From NCBI GenBank assembly GCA_965203295.1, contig CBDBCZ010000017.1, positions 1,440,001 through 1,504,000 of the forward strand: a stretch of 64,000 nt of DNA. The letters are read 5' to 3'. This document shows, piece after piece, positions 1 to 13,400 of this stretch. The notes beneath the pieces are model-generated. The model was not told the origin of the DNA, did not search any database, and was given only the letters and a program-made list of their open reading frames with translations. Numbering within the stretch: position 1 is the stretch's first letter; the number at the start of each line of letters is the position of its first letter. Both the position numbers and the translations under genes were made by a program. The DNA comes from Nitrospirales bacterium (GTDB lineage Bacteria > Nitrospirota > Nitrospiria > Nitrospirales > UBA8639).

Positions 1-127
1 TTAATTAATTAATTAAGGTGCTAATGGGCCTTGACTTAGTCTTGTATGTAGTATAACAGTAGCTAACACAACTAACACTATGGATGAAATTGTAACAGCA
101 TGACCATGGGCAAGTTATGAATCACAC

Positions 128-3100
128 CTATGATATTCATCTCAGTAGTTGACGATCCAGAGTTTCCGTCTGCGTCAGATACAGTGCAGGTGTGATTACC
201 GGCATCGTACCAATACAGGGTGCTAGTACTGACAGATGATGATGAGCTCGAGTATGCAAAACAACCACTGCTACTGCAAGGTGTTGTGCTGGACCATCTG
301 TAACTGACTGGCTGAGTAGCACCAAGGACATTACAGGTAAGGGTTACAGAAGAACCAGGTCGATAGTTTGGTGGCCGGAAATGCATATCAGAGGTCGAAG
401 TATGGGATATCACAATGGAGGTATTCAAGGCTGCAGAATGAAACAAATAGCATTAATAACCTACAAATTAACTGTCATAAGATGCTTACTGTTATTATAC
501 CTACCAATTGTTATGTTTGCATCCATAATCTCTTGGTTGCTTGCAACAATATGTTCCGATGGCACATATGGACGGACTGTAACATTGCAGTAGTACAATC
601 CAGAATCCATTGATCGTAAGGGGCTCAAAACTGCAGTTTTTTGATAATCCAGCCTGGAGGCAACCACGTCTGAGACAGTTGTTCGATTGTCCGTAAGTAG
701 GACTCCACCTGGTCCACTGAGACTACCATCCACTTCTATTGCGATGTCAACTGCCTCGTGTATTTTGTTGGTGCAGTTCAGTGTAAGGACAGAGGATGTG
801 TAGACTATGTTATCGAGTGGTGTTCGTGAAAATATATACCACTGCAGGATCAGGTACTAAAGAATGAAACAAAATATTCAGCTGAAATAACAACTATGGC
901 TAGGATGCATAATGAAATTGTATGTGCATAGACTAGCTATAGCTATAGTATGTAGACCAGTGAGAATAAAACTTAACTTTTTATTGGCAGTATTGAGCAA
1001 TTTACAACTAGCCATATAGCTACAGTAAACTTACTCTGTACAGTAACATTGTGACTTGCTGTTTCCACCGAATCAGATCGTGTTACGTTGGAGCAGCATA
1101 CGTACACACCAGCGTGAGAGGTGTGTACAGGGACAAAGTATAAATCCAGGGTGGTCTTGTTGCCATGTACAGATGGTTCATTAGCATAAATAAAATCACT
1201 ATTTCTGACTGGAACTCCATTGGGACCCAGCCACTCAACAACGGAGGGGTCATCAGCTCTCACATTACAAGTTAACACCACAGGGTCTCCAGCCATCACT
1301 GGCATTGGCTGCTCAGTGATGGTAACAATATTCTCAAATTCTGCAGTATGAAAATGACAAAATTTGGACATTATGTTCATAACTCTGAAATTTAATCACT
1401 GCATACCTTTAACTCTCAGAGCAATAGTTTCATCGTACACACCATTTTCTGAAGTAATTTCACAAGTAAACATCGCTCCATTGAGACCAGCTGACTCCAG
1501 TTCAAGAGACAGAGCAACCTCTTGTGTGGTGGACGTTTCCAGCGCTACGTCCAAGCCACCAAGAAGCCACTGCAGCTGCAGGTGATCCTTCAGGTGTGTT
1601 GAGCATGTCAGGTAAGCCATTCGACCGACAATGAGAATATCTTCGTGCCCGTGCAGCTCAATCACTATAGTATCGTAAGCAATAAAACACATGTAATGAC
1701 TGGGTTTACCATGTATGAACATCGTAGTATATATTGTATAATGCGCCTTATTGGGCCTGATCCAGCTGAGCCAGCCCTTTGTTTTGTACTCTTTTGTTAG
1801 GTACTAGGGTTTTTGCTACTAGAGTGGTAGAGTTGAAGTAGGATGGCGGTTGCTACACACACACACACACACACATACTCACACACACAAAATGCAAATT
1901 CTATTGCTGCCGCAAGCAGTCACGCGCACCTGGCAAAGCAGTGCACTATGTAAGCACTATGCGCGAGTGCTGGCAAACTCCTGGAGCTGGGCTAGGAACT
2001 CACAGGAGGACTAACTACTTTTCTCAGCATCTGATGTGGGCACCCGAAGTCCCACCTGGGCCAAAGCTGATACATGAGAGCAGCCAGTTGAATTTGCACC
2101 CCAGCAAATGCTAGGTTCCCATTAGAGCTGAGTGGGCTGGTGTGTACTGGTGACATGAGATGGTAATTCACACCAAATAAATGATGGAAAGAATATTTAG
2201 TCACCAGTAGTCACTGTGGGATTCGAACCACCAACCCTTAGGTTGTGAGTCCAATGCTCTAACCACTGCACCAGACACACACACACACATACACACAGTG
2301 ACATTAGTGGGCTACAATGTCTTTTGAACATGGCATAATGTATACACAATAGCTAGAGATAGCTAGTAGTGATAGCTAGTGGTGCCACATGTAGTAGTGA
2401 TAGCCAGCGAGTTTTAACATGGCACGTCCATAACAATAGAAGACAATTTTGCAAAACTTCAAAGAGAAAATGTGGTAAAATGGACATCTCCAGCCTTTAG
2501 ACCCAAACGTGATTGAAAAATAAACATACGACAAAAGTTATGCCAGTATATAAACATTGCAAATGGTACAATGGCATATAAATATTACAATTGTCATGCA
2601 TCTAACCTTTTCCAGTGATTGTTGCTTCAGATGAGTTTCCAAATATGTTGTTAACAGCGCACGAGTACTCTCCAGGTAGTTTATCGATTGAATCTTCTAC
2701 TTCAAGATAATTTTTGTATGTAGACCTGCTTCTGTCGATGACGATCTGTGTGAGTTTATGAGCTGTTCCGGTCATGTTCATTGGGACACTGTCTTTGGTC
2801 CACAGTACATTGGTTGGTGGAGAATTGGTAGTCTTACACACAAGTGTAAAAGTATCATTGAGGTATTGCTCAATACTCACTACTCTGGCAACTGACCATG
2901 GCACGTCTGAAAATGAAAAAAAATAACATTTATAAAATTCTAACTGACTAAGTATATTGTGGCACACCCCCTCCATATTACTAATCTTAGCACAGACTGT
3001 ATCACATATGGACAGGATCAGGTGTGCATTCATTCCATGTGCTATAGACTGTATCACATATGGCCAGGATCAGGTGTGCATTCATTCCATGTGCTATAGA

Positions 3101-6100
3101 CTGTATCACATATGGACAGGATCAGGGGTGCATTCATTCCATATTCTATAGACTGTATCACATATGGATAGGATCAGGGGTGCATTCATTCTATGTGCTA
3201 TATAGAGTGTATCAGGGGTGCATTCATTCTATGTGCTATATAGAGTGTATCACATATGGCTGGAAAACAGCTATTGGTTATAATGACAAAAAAAAATCTC
3301 CATTCCAAGCTGCACAAGACGCATGTGATACAGTTAGATCAGGAGTACATGTAGCTATAGATGTCACAGGCTGAAGTTAGCTACGTAACACTCAGTGCAG
3401 CCAAAAGGACACAAGAGCACTCAAGATACATTATTTGATTAACAAAAAATGCAGAAAGTCACTTAAGTAATAAATAAAGTGCAACTAGTACAAAACATAG
3501 TCGAAATGAGAGCCGCTGCAAGCACAATTGGCTTAAGGGGATAATTGTATTATAGCTATAAGAAACGACAGTAAAATCTCTACCAAAATGGATACAGTTA
3601 AGTGTTTCTATATTGACTAGAAAGTAAATTTGTAGCTACTGTACCTCACCATGACACAGCTATTGTTCACAATGACAAAAGCCCATATCACAATCTGCGC
3701 AAGAATGGCGCAGCATCCCTTATATGACAGGTGTCACTACATTTTTCAATACTACAAGTACTTGCGCTCGCTTCGCTCGCGCAACTACTTGTGCTTTTTG
3801 AACTCGCTCGCTCTGTCTACGGATAGAAATGAGAAGTGCTACCTCCATGTGATGTGATTATGAAACATTTAGCATTTGCTAATTACAGTAGTGCCACTGA
3901 CTTAGCCACGAGGAGGCTCTACATTCAGGCCTCAACTTTTGTGCTGAAAATTGACCACCAGTGGGGAAAAGTGCATAGCATGTGTGCACACCATGTTCTT
4001 TCAACAGCCAAAGCACTTTGTTGAGCATCTATCATGTGACAGTAGACTATAGTGTAGCTGACATGTTCCTGACTGATGATATACGTATACTTCCTATGCC
4101 TGAGCCAGGTGCAGTGCTAAACTCTAGGTAGAGACTGCAAAGAACTACAAAACAAAACAGGTAAGCTAGGACCGAAGCCTAGCTCATAGCCTACGTACAT
4201 GTACTGGCATGCAGGCGAATGGCATTGACTCCATTTAATGCACATCGTCGTTGTTTGTCTAGCGTACTAAGCAGATTACTACAGCTGTGCATGCTTACAT
4301 GACTATCTAGCCACTAACCTTTGTGATAGAGTGTGCTCGAAGTGCTCATTTGAGGCCGTCGGTTGTCAGAGCGTGATCTCAACACATGCATGCAGCGGTC
4401 GAAGTGCGCGTGTATTGTGTGATGACGCCACGACCTTCTCGCGTATTCTCGCCCAATCGAGGTTCATTAGTTGACGTCACATCCGTTACGCACGCACACA
4501 CAGAACTAATGTTAAAGTATTGATAAGTTGCCTAAGTAGAAACGTGCATTGTTACAAACCTAGAGTCTATAAAAACTGTAGTAATAATTACTATTTTGTA
4601 GCTACTATAGCCAGAGGCCAAAAAAGCAGAGAAAAACATCATATGACAATGCGTCACTGCCAACAGTAAAACTACAATGAATCCATTGTACTATTAGAAT
4701 AACTGTTAAGTGAGAAGAACAGCTGTCGCTGCAAGCTATCAAAAAATCTAACAGCTTGACCTGTGAGTTTCTTAATTCTGAGGTGTACATGTTTACTCAG
4801 TACCTGAAGTACTAGCTAGATACTGAGAGTGACTACTTATTGTCATGGAGACAATGGGATGTTCCCAATATTTAATTTCTAGCCTGCCTGTATGTATGTA
4901 GCTATGTAGCTAGATAGACAGTTGTACAAATGTGTTGAGAGTATATTATACTTCACTGTATTGACACCACAGTGTGGCACAGCAATTTCAGTCTGGCCTG
5001 TATCAATAAATAAGAGTTTCGTAATGGCACTATACATGTATACATGTAAAATTTCTCGGAACCCCTACATTAATAGCAGCATAACTATTCGTAGACCTTT
5101 CTAACCACCAACCTTCTGTATTTGAATATTAATAGAGAAATTAGGACTTCATTTTTCAGTGGATAACCACTATTAGTACCACTCTTTATGCTGACTGTGA
5201 CTACGCCATCTTAATATAGACACTCATGGGATATTGATTAACAGAATGTGTACTCACGATAGAATGCAGTCCTGAACACTCCGATGTTCAACTCAGTTGG
5301 CCCAGCTTCTCCATTTGCACGACAGGTGTACACTCCCTGATCACTCTCAGACAAAGAACCGCTAGTTGTAATTCTCATCACGGTTGAGTGATTACTCATT
5401 ATTGTGTTAACGTCAAAGGGACTGGAAGCGTAGTGTACTTTTGTCCCATCCAAACCAATAAACTGTGTTGTGTGGCATTCAGCACTAAACCAGCACGAAA
5501 TGTTAAGCTGATCATAGTCAGATATGGCAATGATTCCATTGTTAGGAAGTGAAGTTACAGAATTGTCATCAAAAATGCCCGCACCTATAATATGGGAAAT
5601 TTGCAGCAAGAAAATGATTTGTGTGAATCACAATAATAAGCTATATCATGACCTGAACTCCACATGCTAGCAAATGGGAACAAGGAAAATGTGCGCTTGA
5701 TAGATTCATTCAATCTATTATTTTTACAAAGGTGTATTCTCAGTGCAACACTTACCTACGATAGTCATATCAAGGCTGGCTGATGCATTTCGAATACAGT
5801 CGACTCCAACAAAGTCTCTTGCAGTGCAAGTATGAATACCACTGTCAGAAGGTTGCAGGATCCGAGTTGTCACTGACTGCGTTGTCTGTCCTTTCACAAA
5901 ACAGTTTCCCGAGCAATCAGACGACCAGTTGTAGGAGACCTGTCCAGCCGATCCAGTCACAACACACGTGAGAGCGATAGAGCTAGCAACACGAAAGTAC
6001 GGTGGGCTCAGGGTGAAGTCTGAAGGTCGTAGGTAGGTGTACTGTATTTCAACTCTCAGTCTCGGTTCTTCAGTGGTTTCTGCTAGGAAACATAATATCT

Positions 6101-6250
6101 TTATTAACATGAGCCCCACTATAGAGAGCTACTATAATGTAACTGTGATTAAACATTCACAGACTTGAATTTACCTGCTGCTTTCACTCCACTACTTCCA
6201 AGCTGCAGTGCAACTATCAGCACACCTAGAATTGCACACAACTTAAACAT
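128..6250 (-). CDS. Multi-Ig-domain secreted/cell-surface protein, paralog A (3'-partial, runs off the window start; +1 frameshift in exon 7, so possibly a pseudogene or truncated allele)
   Basis: Exons (minus): 6250-6175 (signal peptide MFKLCAILGVLIVALQLGSSGVKAA), 6082-5756, 5584-5258, 2906-2607, 1664-1407, 1340-1035, 856-505, 430-128. All introns are GT-AG and phase 1. Each exon is one Ig-like domain (C...W...D.G.Y/H.C pattern). Exon order matches gene B one for one. Exon 7 is 352 nt (3n+1), giving TAA at 810-812. Confidence 0.85.
1960..2276 (-). mobile_element. tRNA-derived SINE-like element
   Basis: The minus strand reads TGGTGCAGTGG (A box), an anticodon-like arm and GGTTCGAATCC (B box) at about 2275-2215, followed by a non-tRNA body. 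There is no acceptor stem. (CA)n tracts flank it. The 3' boundary is approximate. Confidence 0.6.
2994..3259. repeat. 52-bp minisatellite, ~4.5 copies
   Basis: Unit agactgtatcacatatggacaggatcaggtgtgcattcattccatgtgctat starts at 2994, 3046, 3098 and ~3150, then degrades. Confidence 0.9.
3715..3870 (+). repeat. Dispersed hairpin repeat family (second copy ~13545-13700)
   Basis: Stem caagta(c/g)ttgcgc / gcgcaactacttg around loop tcgcttcgctc, followed by gaactcgctcgct. The same motif order occurs at 13592-13662. Confidence 0.65.
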
Positions 6251-7407
6251 TGCTGGATTGCTAAGTTAAACACAGTACATGCAGTATAGAGTGACTGCAA
6301 CCAGCAATGCACATCAAGTGCTGTCAGAGCTATCCAGTCTCTACACCTAAGTCCAACTTTAAAAGGATATAGCACTTCCTAAATTACGATGAGAAGATAA
6401 CTTCAAAGTCTTTATGTTGCCATCATCAGGTGTGAATATCATGACATGTGAACAGATGACAAAGAGCTGAATGAGTATCAAAAACACATTACATATGCTC
6501 TTGGAGTGTAAATACACGTCACATCTGTACACGTAGTATAGTAGCGTGGGCTGCGTAATGTACGTACTGCCCAATATAAATATTTGCAGAGTGTAAACAC
6601 ATACAACTATATAAGAAGCTAAGGCTGAGACTGGTCTGGTATCCACGTGTAACCATAGCCCCTTGTCCCCACGCTCCAATACACATGCAGCATCTATAGT
6701 GTAAAGCTCCACGGTTTGTCATACAAAATATGTGCAAACAATTAAGTCGTCTAACAAGCAGAAATTATATACTCCCCCCCCCCAGGGAAAGGCACCGCAC
6801 AGTTGACTATGTAGGGGAAAGGGGTAACACATGTATTCTTCAAATACTATCTTCAGAAGAGTAGAGCAATACATCAGATATAGTGTGGCGGGCTTAGTAA
6901 CCAAAATGAGATTTGAAAACTGTATAAAATCAGTGAAGCGAAGGATTGAAAAACATATAATCATAGGAAATATTTATTCAGTTGACGTCACTGAACATAA
7001 TATTTTTGGAGGCACCATTGCAAAATTTCTGTGATATACAACCAATTGCCCAACCAACCCAGAAGTATATACAACTTGCTAGGGTCCAGTACTAGCCACA
7101 CACCATGTTTACTTTGCATGCAGCTACAGCTTTGTAACAACTTTAATTTGATAATGAAGATAACAGAGCAACACTTTTTGATTGACTCTGTGATGAAAGA
7201 GCTGTGCTTAAAGAAAAAAAGATTATTTTACACAATAATACAGCCCATGAAAATGCAGTAATCACACTACGTACCATTGTATTACCTCATGTCAGCAGCA
7301 TACTAAAAAGCACTCAAAATATACTACACATGCATGCAATGAACAACTTAGCTAACACTATTACTAATCGTCTGTAGCAAAAATGCTTCAAGAGTATCAC
7401 ACACTTG

Positions 7408-10400
7408 TCAAACAGCTACGAAAGTAACCCCAGCAGCGACGCTGGATGCAGTAGCATTAGCAGAGCACTCAGGCTGATGGAAGGACTGCACACGAAGCGG
7501 GCATGCAGCATCGATCCTGAGACGAAACACATCGACAGTGAACGTTCCTTCGTTTGCGATCCAGTCTTCCACAAAAGCCATGAGTTCTGGGGCAGTAAAC
7601 GTATCGCTGGTGCCGTTGATCTTGCTCCGATAGACCACCTCTGTGACGGTGGTCTGACAGCTGAATTCTCCATCGCTAATGGCGTCCACTGAGAAGGTAC
7701 AGTTGCACTGATCTCTGATGCCAGATGTTAGGGCAGCCTTAACGAACCGCTCCACGTGCCTGGCTTTGTGAACCTACATGGTGATAGGTATTAGGTCATT
7801 ATGGTAGTGTTTTAATATGCAAAAGTCAAAAGCTATAGAGCCATATTGTCCTTGAATGATGACTCTAATCCCAAACGTGGTCAGGGCATGTGTTCCATGT
7901 TGACATAATACATTATGTACTTTACTGCGAATGTTTACATAAACACACCACGTTATCACACTTGAGGTAGACACAAGAATTGTTGTTATAATCCCAACTA
8001 ACACTACTTTCTTCACAACAGTCACATGCAGTACTTTTTAGCACTAATAAGAGCACTAACCAGTATGTTGTAACAACACGTAAAAGAATTAGCATAATTA
8101 CTTCTTACCGATAAGGGCAGTGTGTTATTTCCAGGATGAACAAAATATCATAATAGACAGTGGGAACATGTAATCTATACTTGGATTAATGAATTGATAC
8201 ATATAGTCCGTATGTGATACATTCAAACTTACTGTCCAGCGAATGCAGTATTCAACAGGTCCAAACTTCAGCTGGAAAGCAGCCACACCTAATGCAAACA
8301 TACAAGCATCAGTTAATCTCAATTTCAGTCTATCTTTCAATAGTACAGTTGTCATAGGGTACGTGTACATAGTTTTAGTGCCTGCATTTCTGTCCAATCA
8401 ACTTCCTACAGGGGTATGTCGGTGTGAATGCATAATACCGCAGGACTGGTTTTAATTGTGTAGTAAATACATTGCATTTTCATGTTTTGAATGCAAATTG
8501 TGTATTTATAGTTGCGTTATTGTGTGTGCGTATTATGTGTGTGATCTATGGTACTACGGATGATTGTGTTCAAAATTTAGTAAGCTTAAAAAAAATCGCA
8601 TTCACAATTATTAGATCATCACAATTAAAACCGATCCTATGGTATGCACAATCAATATAGGATGAGATGCCTATGCAGGTATATACAATCCAGCAGTGGA
8701 ATAGAAGTACTAGGAACTTCAGAAACATGTATCTATTATGTAATTCCCACCATCTTCAAGCAATAGTATGCACAAAGTGAATTGATGAGCGCCTTCCAGT
8801 TAGTGAAGCAATAGCTATTTCTGGTTCACTCCATCAATTCTACTACAGCTCCTGCATAAAGATTAACTAAACAGTGGTTTACACTGACTTACTTGTGACT
8901 ACAAGTTGCGCCATTGCTGTTATTGGTGGAGGTTCATTCAATCCTGGAACCAGAATAGTAGCCTTGCAAGTGTAATTGCCTCCATGGGTTGACCTGAGTG
9001 GATGAAATGTGAGTCTAGATGACAACACAGTGCTTGAGTTTGACAGAAACACTGAAGTTGTAGTGTTTTCCCCGTCAACAACACTTCCATCAGGACCAAG
9101 CCACGTAACAGAAACAGCATCTGCCATTAGTCCATCAATAACCGTCACAGTGCAAGTCAGGTAGTAGTCTTCCCCATCAATTGCACCAATAATTGGTGTT
9201 ATGTTCACAGAGGCCCACACAGGGGGAACTGGGTGTTAGATCAAACGTGTAGATTAGTAGGTTTTCATGAAAACGTATCAAGTATGATGCATAATATTCA
9301 TTGTAGTGGCTTGTAGCATGCAATGAGTAAATAATACTTTTTAAGGTACATTACCATGGCAACCCCTTTTCACACACTTATAGCGCTCAAAGGAGGCCAC
9401 ATGCAGGGATCACTGCTATACCAATGTACATTAAATCAGTGAAAGGTCAGTTTGGGTGAGGGGTTAAAATCCTTGGCTTCACTTCGGACTTTAATCACCC
9501 CTCACCCAAATTGACCTTTAAGTAATACATATTGGCAAGCATAACGAGACAGGAACCTATATATACTAAAGTGTCTGCCATTACCAACACAAACACTGGT
9601 GTGACTCACTTTCAGCATGAAGGATGACAGTCTTGCTTTGCACACCATATGGGCTTGTTACTTGGCACGTGTACTGGGCATCATTAACACTTGCAGTTAC
9701 TGGCCTAAACTTTAGTTCATTAACAGATGTGTATGAAGTAACCAGAGTTGTAGAGGTGCTGTCTTCATCCAGGTACCACTTGATGTTCAGCACATCTAGA
9801 TCACTGCTACATGTAACATCTGCGGTTTCACCCACTTCAAATGTTTCCTCATAGCCAATTATTTGGATTCCTGCAAAAATACAAACAGCACAAACAACGC
9901 AAGTAAACATCAGCTTTTGACATTACCGGTACTAGGGTTATAGGTATATATTTATGGAGTTTATGGAATGGGGTATGCGTTTTGCAGCTTGTAGTTATTC
10001 ATATTCATTAATTATGAAGATCCTTGCAGCCTACACAAACAGTAAATTGCAAGTTTGCCTGACCTTTGACAGAAATCTCTTGGGAGCTCGCTCCAAGGAT
10101 GTTGCTAACATGGCATTTATAAATTCCGACAATATTAGCAGGTTCATCATTAATGTGAAGTATGTTCAAATAGGTTGAGCCTGTTCTAGATGTAACCCTC
10201 TGCGTTGCCTGATACTGGCTTCCATCTATGCTGAGATTTGTGCCATCTTTGGCCCACGTTACTATGGTGGCAGGTGACCCAGTAGAGGTACACTCAACAG
10301 TGAAGAGGTTACTGGATGTAACGTGTCGGAGATGTGTAACGCGTGGTGGAGCTGCAAGAGATGTAAAGCATTGATATAGAAATATAAAAAATGCCCTGTT

Positions 10401-13400
10401 TCTCAAGTCAGTATAATAAATGATCTGAAAACGGGGCATTTTATTTGGAACACCATAGTAAGCACTGCCGTATACAGGAAGGTAAGTAACCAACGTAAGA
10501 ATTAACGCTACATACACACAATCATGCATTTACTGATATTGTACATGTAATATGCTAACTTACAATTAAATGAGTGTATATAAATTCCAAAATTGATATC
10601 CAAAAGAAAGCCTCTAGCATCTGGTATCTTGCATGTGTATATGCCTTGGTTCCGTGACGTCAATCTTTCGTAACGGGTTTCATAGCAAGTAGACCGCCCG
10701 TACCAGCCACAAGAATAGGAACGCTGATAAGAATAGGGGCTAAGGATTTGAAGACCACCAGGGTTGTAGTGAGTGATGACAAATGCATCATTGCTAGTCC
10801 AAGTTATATCAGATCCCCTATTCCCTATAATGTTTCCAACACTGTTTGTAGTTGAATTGGACACACAGTAGAACTGAAGCGACTCTGAAGATGTGCGTGC
10901 AATAACCAAACTGTTGTTAGGGATCGCTCCAGTGTGGGTCCCTGTAAGAACATATATACCAGCACCTGCAAAGAGAGAGCGTAGGGCATAGAAGTGCCAT
11001 ATAAAGTGTGAAAACATCTGAGCAAAAATATTACGATAGCAGCCTTAATTCAGGCTACCTCTCCCAAGCACTAACTGCTTCAATATTTCTGTCGGCGAAC
11101 TGCTAGATAATCTGTAAATCCATACAGAGTTTGTTCAAAAAAGCAGCCTAGCCTTGTATCCAACCATGTATTCCAACTTTTACTCTTCCTGACAGCGAGA
11201 AAAGCTGGGTAAGCTGGTTTAGCTGGGTATGAATCTACAAGCAATCAGTGAATATGCACATTGCCTTCATTACAGTTTCTGACTAGCCATGCACACAACC
11301 TCCTTTATAGTGTCTGCCTAGCCATGCAGTACCTGTGATATTCATGGGAATGGTAGTACTTCCACTGTTTCCTATAGAGTCTGTGACAGTACATGTATGC
11401 ATCCCAGCATCAGTAGAGCGGAGAAAGTTTCGCATGACAGAAGAATGTGTGCCTGAGACAAAACAACCACTGCAAGTAGAGGTCCATTTGTATGAGACAG
11501 ATCCACTTGCACCCGCTACTTCACAGTACAGAGTAACCGTAGTTCCTGCTCGGTAGTTATATGGTTGAATAGACTCATCAACAGGCGGGATGTAGTTGAC
11601 TCTGATAGAGACGTTCAGTGCTACATATACAAAGCAAAATCACCAGTCTGGCATTATAAGCTACACATGTACACTCATGCATCCTATTGTTTAGAACACA
11701 CTTACCTACTACTATGGTCAATGGCTGACTTGAGGTTTCATTACTTGCGACGATATATGCTGAAGTGGAAACTGGATTCACGCTAGCCTCACATACGTAC
11801 AATCCTGAGTCGGATGACTCCAACGATCTTAGTGTTGCTACTAGCCTTTTCCTCAGTGCTGTAGTTACTGTTACTTCAGTGCTATTACCATCTGAGAACA
11901 CGCCCTCTGGTCCAGTCCACATGCTTGAGATTTCAACTGGTGTATCAACGGCTTTATCAACGTCTGCATCACATGTTAGTTTAAGCAGTGAGGTGGTATA
12001 GATAGGGGTAATTTCAGGTGTCCTTGAGACAGTTATCGCCGGTATAGGAACTGCCATGGAGGAAAATTTAATCATAACGACTAAGTGGAAAATTTGTGCA
12101 TATACACAAAACTCACTTTGTACAATAACATCTTCACTAGCGCTCTTCACTGATTGTAGAATATCCACTTTCGAAATGCAGGTATATTGGTCCCCATGAG
12201 ATGTATGCAGAGGGTTGAAGTGCAAGTTCAAAGTGGTTATATTGCCAATTGTGAGCGGATCGTGGACACTCAGGGTGCTACTGCTAGAGACTGAAGTTCC
12301 TATGGAATCTACCCACTCAACCGTTCCCTGCACATCAGTCCTGACAACACAGGAGATTGAATAGGTATTGCCAGCCATCAGTGGCATTTCAGGTGCCTCA
12401 ATGGTAACGATGTTCTCAAAATCTGTGAATTTAAAGTGAGGGTATAAAATACAAGAATCAAGACAGTAACAGCTTATAACCACTTTCTCGAACTCTCTAC
12501 ATTAAGGTTAGGCCCAAACAGAAGTGGAGAAATATTAAAAATTCATGACCGTGTACGGTTTTGACGCTCATAGCTCGACAACACGGCGGTGCAAAGCCAC
12601 AAAAACTATGCAGGACTAGAGTATAGAAACTGGAGAGAGCCAGAAGCAAAAACTTTGTCGATGCGTGCAGTCTTTCCACCGTACAGGCGCTATATTCACT
12701 TACCAGCTCGAAGCGCATTCGCGGTAAATCCCTTCGAATCCAAGAGACAGATGTAGCTGAAGCCACGGCTATATCTGTAGGACTGTAGATTGCATGTCCA
12801 GACATCGAGAATGAAGACTTATTGCCCTCCGTTGGAGAGTAATGGCCGTAATTGTTGATTTTAAAAGTCGGCTCTGTACACTCTGGAAAAAGGCGATAAG
12901 TCTTCGTTCTCGCTGTCTGGACATGTAGACTCCGTAGAAGTTTAGCATATCTGCGAATCAGACGTAGAGGTTGCACGTGAGTCCTGGGATTTACCGCGAC
13001 AGATTTTTCTGGCAACTCACTAACGCTTTCACTTAGTACATGAAAGTATTACTTATCATAATACAAAAAGTATTATATTATCTAAGGTTGCCATAGGTAA
13101 CTGGCAAGAGACTTCCGGTTGGGCCTAACCTTAATGAAAATGGTGGGCCTAACCTTAATGAAAATGATGTGCTACTATTGAACAATACTTAGGGCACCAA
13201 TGATTCATCAACGTTAAAAACCCCAGTCATCAGCCCCAACATAAACTTGAGATGCACATATGTAAACAAGTCACACTGGCCATTTCACAGAAAAATAAAG
13301 CTATTTCCCAACTATTGGGTTGGATATGACAGCGATCTGCATTGAGATTTTCTACCAACAATGTCGGGACAGGTTTGTGATACCATATAAGGCTCCCATG

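Noticed and set aside
2205..2280. tRNA gene (CAC anticodon-like loop)
   Set aside because: A and B boxes are present but the acceptor and anticodon stems do not pair properly; it is better explained as a SINE head.
8700..8851. Extra exon in Ig gene B after the acceptor-like TTTATGCAG at 8852
   Set aside because: It hits an in-frame TGA after 8 codons, and exon 12 joins exon 13 in frame without it.
12497..13015. 172-aa ORF inside the TTAA MITE
   Set aside because: No recognisable transposase or other motif; probably a chance ORF.
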